Of a stretch of DNA of 32,000 nucleotides, positions 23,950 to 31,397 are shown piece after piece; position 1 is the stretch's first letter, and every line of letters begins with the position of its first letter. The stretch is from contig NZ_CP034549.1 of NCBI RefSeq assembly GCF_003966335.1, forward strand, positions 930,001 through 962,000. Reading direction: 5' to 3'. A model generated the notes under the pieces. That model saw nothing but the letters and a program-made list of their open reading frames with translations, did no database searches and was not told where the DNA came from. The DNA comes from Nonlabens ponticola. Its GTDB lineage: Bacteria; Bacteroidota; Bacteroidia; Flavobacteriales; Flavobacteriaceae. A program made the translations under genes and the position numbers.

Positions 23950-25305
23950 TTAATCGTCTTCTCGGGTATAACCAGGTGATGGTAAAATCCATTCATGATG
24001 GTTCCAGTGACTCCATTCAGTATCTGCAAGATCGATATCAGGATCTGTAAAAGGCACAGGCCTGCGACCGTTGATGCCTACTTTTGCTCTTACATAAACA
24101 GCAACGTCTTGACCGTTTTTGGCATATTCTTTTTTGAGCTTTTGGGCAAATTGCCACATAAAATCTGGTTTGCTCTGTACGGCTCGTTTCTGCTTATTTG
24201 ATAAATAGTCTGATAACCTAATACGTGTACGCTCACCAGAATCCTTATCGACTACCGTGTACGTTGCATATCCAGATCTACTGCGCAACATCATGCGCCA
24301 GGATAGTCTGTGACCTTCTTCAGTCCAGAAGACGTCGCCTGGGATGGCCCAATGACGTAGTGGTAAGAGCAACATCACCAATAAAAAAGTGGTCGTTCCA
24401 GCAATGATCCAGTTGCGCGTTTTGGGAACGATAATCTCACCAGCGGCATAGAATGTCTTTTTCCATACAAACCACTTATGCACATTCTCAACCGAGAAAA
24501 AGAACAGTAAAAATGATAACGCCATGTAAGGAAAGATCCCAATCTTAAAGACAATGCTATTGAATAAATGAAAAAATATGGACGCAATAACAGCTGGCCA
24601 CCGTGTAGGTTTCCATAAAAGCAAAGGCACTATAAGCAGGTCAAATAGCAATCCAAAATATTTGATCGCTTCATGCGCCCAAGTTTCTTGAAGTAGTGAC
24701 CATTCCTTGCCACGTATGCTCATCAAGTATCTAGGAAAACTACCATCGATCCAGTCTGGGTAAAACTTTGCTATACTCGCATAGGAGTAAATAATCCAGA
24801 TAAACGTGATGATAAAAATGTAGATCCATCTAGACATGTGTTCTTTTCTCAGGCCTGGATTGACTCTGGCATCTATCGATGCAGACTTGTGTGCCGGCAG
24901 GAATATCATGAGATAATTGAGCAGCATCAATAGGTAGCAGTGGTTGTTGTAACTGGATTTTTGCAACAGGTACACATAAGTCCATGTAATGGCATAATAG
25001 GTCATTGCCACCCGATACTTGTAGCCTACCATGACTAGTAATCCAGCAACGCCCATGGTACAATACAGCACATACATCCAATAATCGGGTAGTGGTTCTA
25101 GAAAGTCAAAGCCTATGAAAGTAAAGGTGTACTTGGGCTCGATAAAGGCGCGTTTTACCATACCAGTGGCAATGGATCCAAAAGCCTCGCAAGCCAATAG
25201 CAGTCCAAAAATGACTCTAAAAGCTACCAGTGCAGAATTATCTACCTGCTTGAACAACCATCTATTGAGCCTGTCTTGCATAGTCTCTCGTTTTACGCTC
25301 ATCAT
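23950..25305 (-). CDS. HTTM domain protein (vitamin K-dependent gamma-carboxylase-like)
   Basis: 451 aa polytopic membrane protein. The N-terminal pattern LNRWLFKQVDNSALVAFRVIFGLLLACEAF is typical of HTTM. The start is either 25305 (MM...) or 25281 (MQDRLNRW...). Both overlap the 3' end of ribF. Confidence 0.65.
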   Translation of the reverse strand: MMSVKRETMQDRLNRWLFKQVDNSALVAFRVIFGLLLACEAFGSIATGMVKRAFIEPKYTFTFIGFDFLEPLPDYWMYVLYCTMGVAGLLVMVGYKYRVAMTYYAITWTYVYLLQKSSYNNHCYLLMLLNYLMIFLPAHKSASIDARVNPGLRKEHMSRWIYIFIITFIWIIYSYASIAKFYPDWIDGSFPRYLMSIRGKEWSLLQETWAHEAIKYFGLLFDLLIVPLLLWKPTRWPAVIASIFFHLFNSIVFKIGIFPYMALSFLLFFFSVENVHKWFVWKKTFYAAGEIIVPKTRNWIIAGTTTFLLVMLLLPLRHWAIPGDVFWTEEGHRLSWRMMLRSRSGYATYTVVDKDSGERTRIRLSDYLSNKQKRAVQSKPDFMWQFAQKLKKEYAKNGQDVAVYVRAKVGINGRRPVPFTDPDIDLADTEWSHWNHHEWILPSPGYTREDD

Positions 25306-26200
25306 CTTGCATGGCTTTTTTAAGTTCTTCTAGAGAATTAAACTTTTTCTCATCCCTTATTCGCTGATGAAAGAACAATTCCATTTCTTGACCATAAAGA
25401 TCCTTATCAAGATCCAGATAAAATGTCTCAATGCTGCGTGAACCATCCGCATCCTTGACGGTAGGATTGCTGCCTATATTGGTCATGCCGTAGACTTTCT
25501 TTCCATCAATCTCGCTGCTAGTAATGTAAACGCCATTTTTGGGTAGGATCTTATAATTTTCCTCGACATGCAGGTTTGCCGTTGGGTAATTCATCGTGCG
25601 GCCTATTTCCTTACCATGAATGATGGTGCCGCAAATGCTAAAAGACCTGCTCAAATATTGAGTAGCTGTTAGTACGTCACCATTGAGTAATGCATTCCTG
25701 ATTTTGGTACTGCTTACGGCAACTTCTTCTACTTCTTCTTTTGAGATCTCGACCACCTCAAAACCATATAATTGAGCATCTTCTTTGAGCTGATCGATGC
25801 TTGCCGTTCTATTGCGACCATATCTATGATCATAGCCTATCACCACTACGGCGGCTTGCAATTTATCTACTAGAATGTTTTTCACATACTCGTGAGCTGT
25901 CGTGCGTGAAAACTCTAACGAAAACGGATGAATTATCATATGCTCAATGCCCATGGCGGCAACAAGTTGTTCGCGCTCTTTTATAGTATTGAGCAACTTG
26001 AGATCATGATCTGGTTGTAGCACCATTCTGGGATGAGGGAAAAATGTAAGCAGGACGCTCGCTAGATCTTCCTTTGTAGCACGATTGACCACGCGTTTCA
26101 AAATTTGTTGGTGGCCATGATGCACACCATCAAAAGTTCCTATTGTAACGACGGCCTTTGCGCTGGCCTGATATTGATCTATGTGATGATACGTTTTCAA
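25262..26200 (-). CDS. ribF: bifunctional riboflavin kinase / FMN adenylyltransferase
   Basis: 312 aa. It has VVTIGTFDGVHHGHQQIL (nucleotidyltransferase HxGH) and a C-terminal riboflavin kinase domain (GRTMNYPTANL...E.H..D). It starts at TTG. Confidence 0.92.
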   Translation of the reverse strand: MKTYHHIDQYQASAKAVVTIGTFDGVHHGHQQILKRVVNRATKEDLASVLLTFFPHPRMVLQPDHDLKLLNTIKEREQLVAAMGIEHMIIHPFSLEFSRTTAHEYVKNILVDKLQAAVVVIGYDHRYGRNRTASIDQLKEDAQLYGFEVVEISKEEVEEVAVSSTKIRNALLNGDVLTATQYLSRSFSICGTIIHGKEIGRTMNYPTANLHVEENYKILPKNGVYITSSEIDGKKVYGMTNIGSNPTVKDADGSRSIETFYLDLDKDLYGQEMELFFHQRIRDEKKFNSLEELKKAMQDDERKTRDYARQAQ

Positions 26201-26294
26201 ATGACTTTTTCTAGCGACTGCAAATTAAGGGATCGTGGTTAGAATTATGAGGTTTGCTATGGTTCCTTTAAATAGTTATAGGGTGTTTTGAGGA

Positions 26295-26316
26295 TTACGC
26301 TTTCGCGAAAGCTAAC
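26295..26316. repeat. palindromic element copy 6 (TTACGCTTTCGCGAAAGCTAAC), intergenic
   Basis: It lies 21 nt downstream of the pth stop codon (26338-26340), in the same orientation and with the same sequence as copy 4. Confidence 0.9.
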
Positions 26317-26337
26317 TCGAGAAAAATAACCTGTAAT

Positions 26338-26967
26338 TTACTTACCATTGAACTGGTTCATAGCGTTTGCAAGACCGCCGTGCGTAAATGCCAGCGCTGC
26401 CCGTGCTGCCGTCTCGATACGTTCTGGAAGATCCTTGAGCTCTTCATTAGACCATTCACCTAGCACATAATTTACCTGATTGCCCTTAGAAAACTGGTCA
26501 GATATACCAAAACGCAATCGAGGATAATTGGGCGTATTGAGTTGTACCTGTGTGTCCTTGAGTCCATTGTGGCCGCCAGGACTGCCTTTTCCTTTCATGC
26601 GTATGGTACCAAATTCTAAGTTCAAATCATCTGTCACCACAAGTAGCTGGTCGATAGAAATATTCTCTTGCTTGAGGTAGTATTTGATCGCTTTACCAGA
26701 TAAGTTCATGAAGGTATTAGGCTTGAGCAAGGTGATTTTTTTACCCTTGTGTGTGGTTTGTGCAACATCGCCCAACTTAAGCGTTTCAAAGCTCACTTCT
26801 TTCATACTAGCCAATTCATCCAGTATCTTGAATCCAATGTTATGTCTGGTGTTCTCGTACTTGCTACCAGGATTACCCAATCCTACTATTAAAAATTTCT
26901 TCATAGTATCGTCTGTTGACTCTATTGCTGGAGTGTTACCTAGTAAATTTTTAAGCCATTTAATCAT
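26338..26967 (-). CDS. pth: peptidyl-tRNA hydrolase
   Basis: The conserved core begins MKKFLIVGLGNPGSKYENTRHNIGF. The start is ambiguous among three candidates:
- GTG 26994 (track), which lies inside the upstream terminator hairpin
- ATG 26967 (MIKWLKNLLGN...)
- ATG 26904 (MKKFLIVGLG)

I list 26967, but 26904 is equally defensible. Confidence 0.85.
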   Translation of the reverse strand: MIKWLKNLLGNTPAIESTDDTMKKFLIVGLGNPGSKYENTRHNIGFKILDELASMKEVSFETLKLGDVAQTTHKGKKITLLKPNTFMNLSGKAIKYYLKQENISIDQLLVVTDDLNLEFGTIRMKGKGSPGGHNGLKDTQVQLNTPNYPRLRFGISDQFSKGNQVNYVLGEWSNEELKDLPERIETAARAALAFTHGGLANAMNQFNGK

Positions 26968-26972
26968 CACCC

Positions 26973-27011
26973 AAAAATAAAAAAGCCGCTCCACAAAATA
27001 GGGAACGGCTT
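26973..27011 (-). terminator. rho-independent terminator downstream of rplY/ctc
   Basis: On the minus transcript, AAGCCGTTCC pairs with GGAGCGGCTT (one G-U pair) around a 9-nt loop, followed by TTTTATTTTTGG. Confidence 0.55.
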
Positions 27012-27033
27012 GTATAAATAGTCTGTGGAGTGC

Positions 27034-27684
27034 TTACTCGTCAGTACCTTCTTTAACAGCTGCGACATCATCTGTCTCAGTTGCTGGTACTTCATCAGCT
27101 GGTACTTCATCTTCATCATCTTCTTCATCTGCGATGGCAGTTCTAGAAGTTTTGATCATCACGACAACAACGCTGTCTGGATGCATGATTTCGTACTCGT
27201 CTACTCGCAGGTCACGTACATAACGCTTGTTACCTATCTTCATGTCAGAGATATCGATCTGGATATAATCTGGCAAGTTTGCAGGTAACGCCTTGACGCG
27301 CAGTTTACGGTTGTTTCTTCTCAATACACCACCATTAAGTACACCACGTGAGGTACCGACAGTGATTACTGGAATCTCCATGGTTACTTTCTTGTCATCA
27401 AAAATTTGATAAAAGTCTGCATGTAATAGCAATTCTTTTACTGGGTGCCATTGCATGTCCTGTGCGATAACATTGTATTGACCATCTTTTCCTAGGTCAA
27501 TTACCACGAGGTGTGCATCTGGAGTGTAGATAAGGTTTTTAAATGCTTTCTCTTCTGCTTGAAAGTGAATGGGCTCGTCTCCTCCGTAGATTACACAAGG
27601 TACCAATCCAGCATTACGTAGGGCTTTAGTTGCCTTTTTGCCCACGCTTTCTCTTTTAGATCCTGAGATCGTGATTGATTTCAT
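27034..27684 (-). CDS. rplY: 50S ribosomal protein L25 / general stress protein Ctc
   Basis: 216 aa beginning [35 protein letters not shown], with an acidic C-terminal tail. It sits in the conserved prs-ctc-pth context. Confidence 0.92.
27083..27112. repeat. tandem 15-bp duplication in acidic tail of L25
   Basis: gctggtacttcatca (27083-27097) is followed by gctggtacttcatct (27098-27112), 14/15 identical. It encodes [10 protein letters not shown] on the minus strand. Confidence 0.8.
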
Positions 27685-27714
27685 TTTGGGTTATTTAATT
27701 ATTAATTGATTTAC

Positions 27715-28656
27715 TTACATTATAAAATTATCGCTGATGCTCTCATTGTTCTGGACGCTCTTCATAACGCCTGCAAATAAGGCTGCACAGCTTAGTACTT
27801 TGATTTTTTTGCTCTCTTTCTTGAGCGGTATAGAATCGGTAACGATAAGCTCTTCTAGCTTAGAATTTTCAATGCGCTCATATGCTTTTCCAGAAAGTAT
27901 CGCGTGTGTACAAATCGCACGTACGCTTTTTGCACCACGCTCCATCATGACATCAGCAGCCTTAGTCAATGTTCCTGCAGTATCTACCATGTCGTCCACG
28001 AGCACTACATTCTTTCCAGTCACATCGCCTATCAGTTCCATGTGTGAAATGATGTTAGCCTTTTGACGTTGTTTATAACACACAACTACATCGCTCTCAA
28101 GAGTCTTAGAGTAGGCGTAAGCTCTCTTTGAGCCACCCATATCTGGTGACGCAATCGTCAAATCGCTCAGGTTCAAATCTCTTAAATAAGGGATGAATAA
28201 AGACGATGCAAATAAGTGATCTACTGGCTTTTCAAAGAAGCCCTGAATTTGATCTGCATGTAAGTCCATAGTCACGATGCGAGTTGCACCAGCTGCTTCA
28301 AGAACTTTGGCGATCATCTTGGCACCTATGGGTACACGAGGCTTATCCTTGCGATCCTGTCGTGCCCAACCGAAGTAAGGTATCACAGCTGTGATATGAC
28401 GAGCGCTAGCCCTTTTTGCCGCATCAATCATGAGCAACAGCTCCATCAAGTTGTCGCTACTAGGATGTGTGGATCCTATTAAAAAAATACGACGACCTCT
28501 TATGGATTCCTCAAAACTAGGCTGGAATTCTCCATCACTAAAGGTGGTAAAATTTACCTGACCTAGAGACGCGCCGTACTTATCTGCAATTGCTTGTGCA
28601 AGATCCGTGCTTTGACGGCAACCGAATAATTTTGCTTCTGATACGGAGTAAGGCAT
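27715..28656 (-). CDS. prs: ribose-phosphate pyrophosphokinase
   Basis: 313 aa. It has the PRPP-binding loop VLVDDMVDTAGTL, the motif DLHADQIQGFF and YFGWARQDRK. Confidence 0.93.
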   Translation of the reverse strand: MPYSVSEAKLFGCRQSTDLAQAIADKYGASLGQVNFTTFSDGEFQPSFEESIRGRRIFLIGSTHPSSDNLMELLLMIDAAKRASARHITAVIPYFGWARQDRKDKPRVPIGAKMIAKVLEAAGATRIVTMDLHADQIQGFFEKPVDHLFASSLFIPYLRDLNLSDLTIASPDMGGSKRAYAYSKTLESDVVVCYKQRQKANIISHMELIGDVTGKNVVLVDDMVDTAGTLTKAADVMMERGAKSVRAICTHAILSGKAYERIENSKLEELIVTDSIPLKKESKKIKVLSCAALFAGVMKSVQNNESISDNFIM

Positions 28657-28691
28657 CTTAAAGATCTTTTAGTGTCCTGATTTTAAGGCTG

Positions 28692-28699
28692 CAAATGTA
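28692..28699 (-). promoter_or_regulatory. Bacteroidota -7 promoter box TACATTTG
   Basis: The reverse complement of caaatgta is TACATTTG (TAnnTTTG), 36 nt upstream of the prs ATG (28656). Confidence 0.4.
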
Positions 28700-28788
28700 A
28701 AACTAATTTTAATCACGGCTTTAAAATTGCCTAAGAAATATGCTATTTGAAAAAGATATTTTGTTACTTTTGCCATCCCAATTTTAAT

Positions 28789-28870
28789 GCCTCAGTGGTG
28801 GAATTGGTAGACACGTTGGATTCAAAATCCAATGCTTCACGGCGTGCCGGTTCGATTCCGGCCTGAGGTA
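28789..28870 (+). tRNA. tRNA-Leu (anticodon CAA)
   Basis: Cloverleaf folded by hand:
- acceptor gcctcag/ctgaggt (G1-U72 wobble), with discriminator A
- D arm gtgg-aattggtag-acac
- anticodon stem ttgga/tccaa with loop ttCAAaa
- long class II variable arm
- T arm gccgg-ttcgatt-ccggc

There is no encoded CCA. Confidence 0.9.
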
Positions 28871-28884
28871 CTTTTTAATTAGAG

Positions 28885-28926
28885 AACCCTAGCAATATCA
28901 ATTGATTTGATAGCTAGGGTTTTTTA
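28885..28926 (+). terminator. rho-independent terminator downstream of tRNA-Leu
   Basis: aaccctagc (28885-28893) pairs with gctagggtt (28913-28921), followed by TTTTATT. Confidence 0.6.
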
Positions 28927-28985
28927 TTGGAAAGAACTGTGGTAAAAAATAATGTGAATAGTCTGATGGTATTAGTTGCGAAACC

Positions 28986-31280
28986 CTAAGAAGCAGTAAG
29001 CGCATTTTTCTTGCGCTCCTTGTATTCTTGTGAATAGCGTATGATCGTTTGTTGAAACTCTTTTAAGTCATAGGGTTTTACAATGATGTCATCCATTCCA
29101 GAATCTAATATCTGCGCTCTCATTTCTTCCAATTCTACTGCGGTCAAGGCGACTATCGGGACATCACTGTATTGCCTGATGATGCTTGTTGCTTCTATAC
29201 CATCCATAATAGGCATGTTTACATCCATTAATATAAGGTCGTATGCTTTATTCTGAGTCATATTGACGGCGATCTCACCGTTTTCGGCAATCTCGCACTT
29301 GACATCAAACTTTTCAAGAATTTTTTTAGTAACCATCTGATTGATCTTGTTGTCCTCAACGATCAAAACTTCTAGCTTGTTCAATAATTTTACTGGATAT
29401 ACTTTTTTAACTTCAGTATTCTCAAAAACATGATTTTTTACTTCTTCAAATTCATAGTCGAACCAAAAAGTTGATCCTATACCTAATGTACTCTCTACGT
29501 GAATGCGAGAATCTACAGCAGTAAGTAATTTTTTTACAATCGATAATCCTAAACCTGTGCCTTGATAGTTATAGGACTTTTGTTCACCTTGAGTAAACTC
29601 CTCAAAAATGCTATCGATCTTTTCTTGACCTATTCCATGACCAGTATCGCTTATGGAAAATCTGATACATGAGTTTTGTATACCCAATGCTGTCTTGACA
29701 TCTACAGTAATTGTTCCTTGCTCTGTAAACTTGCAGGCATTACCTACTAGATTCATGAGTATTTGAGAAAGAATAGTCATATTTCCTTTGACTAAAAGCG
29801 GTAAATCATCTGAGAAGTTGATTTTAATTTCATTACCATTTTGATTCTTAAGATATTCAAAAGTGGACACAATATTTTTGACAAGATCAACCACATTGAA
29901 TACATCGTCGCTGTTTTCAATCTTAGTTTTAGAATCAATTTTATTGATATGCAATACATCATTTACTAATGCAAGCAAATAGTCTGCACTAAATTTCAGG
30001 GATCTAAGATCTTGTGATTGTTCCTTATCCTTATTGCGTTCCATAAGAATGGTACTTAAACCAATAACTCCATATAATGGAGTTCTCAATTCGTGACTCA
30101 CAGTCGAGAAGAAATCGCTTTTGACTTTAGCCAGTTGTTGGGTTTTTTCTTTCTCTTGTAGGTATTGATCGTTTTTTCTTTCTAAGACTTTGATGAATTG
30201 CTTTCGTCGTTTAGATACAAAAATGGTAAATATCAAAAAGCCTATTACTAAAGTTATCAGCGCTGCAAGTAGGTAATTGAGTTCAGTTCTATTTTCAATT
30301 GTTGCTTGCTGTTCATCTATTGCCAGATTTTCTTGAGCAATTTCCTTCTGCATTTCATCAAAATTGAATTTAGCAGCAAGGCGTTTGCTTACCTCGTCAT
30401 TTTTAAATAATTGATTGATTTCAGCTAGGCTGTCGTGTTTAAAAAGGTAGCTATAAGCTTCCTGATATTTCTCTTGTGATTGTAGTGCATTAGCATATTC
30501 TTTGTAGGCATTAGCTAGAATCTCGCTGAAGCCATTTCGTCGGGCGATGGCGATGGCATTTTCAAAATAGAGTTGTGCAACTTTGTAATTTCTTGAAGTC
30601 ATGTTGCGTTTTGCAAGTATTAGATTGGTACTTGCTCTAAAATCTTCGCTCACATTAGGTGAGGTTAGTAGTTGCCTAAGCGGTTCAATAAGACCATCCG
30701 CAATTTCTTTATTTTCTTCAGTAGGCTTGTCCATTAGAGCCTGATAATAATTATAATAGGTATTTTCAAGCCCTAAAGTATCATTGATCTTTTTATTGAT
30801 TTTGATGGCATTCTTGTAATAAAAAACACCTTTGTCAAAAGTGCTGTCTGTTAGCGTGAGTAAACTAGCTAGTGAGGTATAAGAATTTGCGAGTGCTGAT
30901 GGATCCTTACTTTTTCTCGCATACTCATAAGACTTTAATAAGCTTTCTCTTGCCTTAATGGTATCTTCTAGGACTAGATAATCATACCCTAAATAATTAT
31001 AGGAATAGTGTAGGGTAAGGTCATCACCAGCTTCTTTGGCAAGTTTTATCGTTTTGATATTATTTTTAAAAGACTCGTCAAACTTACCAATGGTGTATAG
31101 GTAATACGATTGATCAAGCATCTCATCAAGCTCAGCTTTACTTACAGTTGTATCTTGCTGTGTACTTACATTATTTACGAACGATACTCCAGCTTTAATG
31201 CTATTAACGCTTGCATAAGTATTACCAAAACATGCTATGAGCGCGAGGCAATAAAAAAGGTTTCTGATTATAGAGTGCAT
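28986..31280 (-). CDS. hybrid sensor histidine kinase / response regulator with extracytoplasmic TPR sensor region
   Basis: The track ORF starts at TTG 31325. I prefer ATG 31280 (MHSIIRNLFYCLALIACFGNTYA, signal-like). In order:
- about 300 aa of TPR-like repeats
- a coiled coil and a TM helix (LNYLLAALITLVIGFLIFTIFV)
- intact H-box FSTVSHELRTPL and N-box LMNLVGNACKF
- G1 DTGHGI and G2 GTGLGLSIVKKL
- a receiver with DLILMDVNMPIMDG and KP. Confidence 0.85.
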   Translation of the reverse strand: MHSIIRNLFYCLALIACFGNTYASVNSIKAGVSFVNNVSTQQDTTVSKAELDEMLDQSYYLYTIGKFDESFKNNIKTIKLAKEAGDDLTLHYSYNYLGYDYLVLEDTIKARESLLKSYEYARKSKDPSALANSYTSLASLLTLTDSTFDKGVFYYKNAIKINKKINDTLGLENTYYNYYQALMDKPTEENKEIADGLIEPLRQLLTSPNVSEDFRASTNLILAKRNMTSRNYKVAQLYFENAIAIARRNGFSEILANAYKEYANALQSQEKYQEAYSYLFKHDSLAEINQLFKNDEVSKRLAAKFNFDEMQKEIAQENLAIDEQQATIENRTELNYLLAALITLVIGFLIFTIFVSKRRKQFIKVLERKNDQYLQEKEKTQQLAKVKSDFFSTVSHELRTPLYGVIGLSTILMERNKDKEQSQDLRSLKFSADYLLALVNDVLHINKIDSKTKIENSDDVFNVVDLVKNIVSTFEYLKNQNGNEIKINFSDDLPLLVKGNMTILSQILMNLVGNACKFTEQGTITVDVKTALGIQNSCIRFSISDTGHGIGQEKIDSIFEEFTQGEQKSYNYQGTGLGLSIVKKLLTAVDSRIHVESTLGIGSTFWFDYEFEEVKNHVFENTEVKKVYPVKLLNKLEVLIVEDNKINQMVTKKILEKFDVKCEIAENGEIAVNMTQNKAYDLILMDVNMPIMDGIEATSIIRQYSDVPIVALTAVELEEMRAQILDSGMDDIIVKPYDLKEFQQTIIRYSQEYKERKKNALTAS

Positions 31281-31397
31281 AAATGTCAAGGTAGTAAAGA
31301 GGTATCTACAATGATTTGATCGCAAAATAGAGAGTAAATTGCTGTATTGCTTGATTTTAGACTGTTTCAGCTGTCATTTTACGATGAATTACATAAA

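Noticed and set aside
1007-25986. Numerous 60-130 aa ORFs nested inside or antisense to larger genes. Examples are 1007-1201, 2381-2871, 3376-3762, 7422-7814, 8508-8810, 12219-12506, 14945-15244, 15891-16121, 20512-20760, 22155-22448, 23392-23688, 24830-25081 and 27737-28066.
   Set aside because: Each lies within a longer ORF that has recognisable family motifs. Their translations are Ser/Leu/Cys-rich or low-complexity, as expected for shadow frames. None has its own promoter box or spacing.
26201-26337. FMN riboswitch upstream of ribF
   Set aside because: I saw no conserved FMN-element core sequences. The spacer is mostly occupied by the palindromic element and AT-rich promoter-like sequence, and ribF is not a typical FMN-riboswitch target.
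28789-28985. tRNA-Leu as an integration site for a genomic island
   Set aside because: There is no integrase, no direct repeat of the tRNA 3' end and no compositional break that I could see. The flanking genes (prs, hybrid kinase) are ordinary chromosomal genes.
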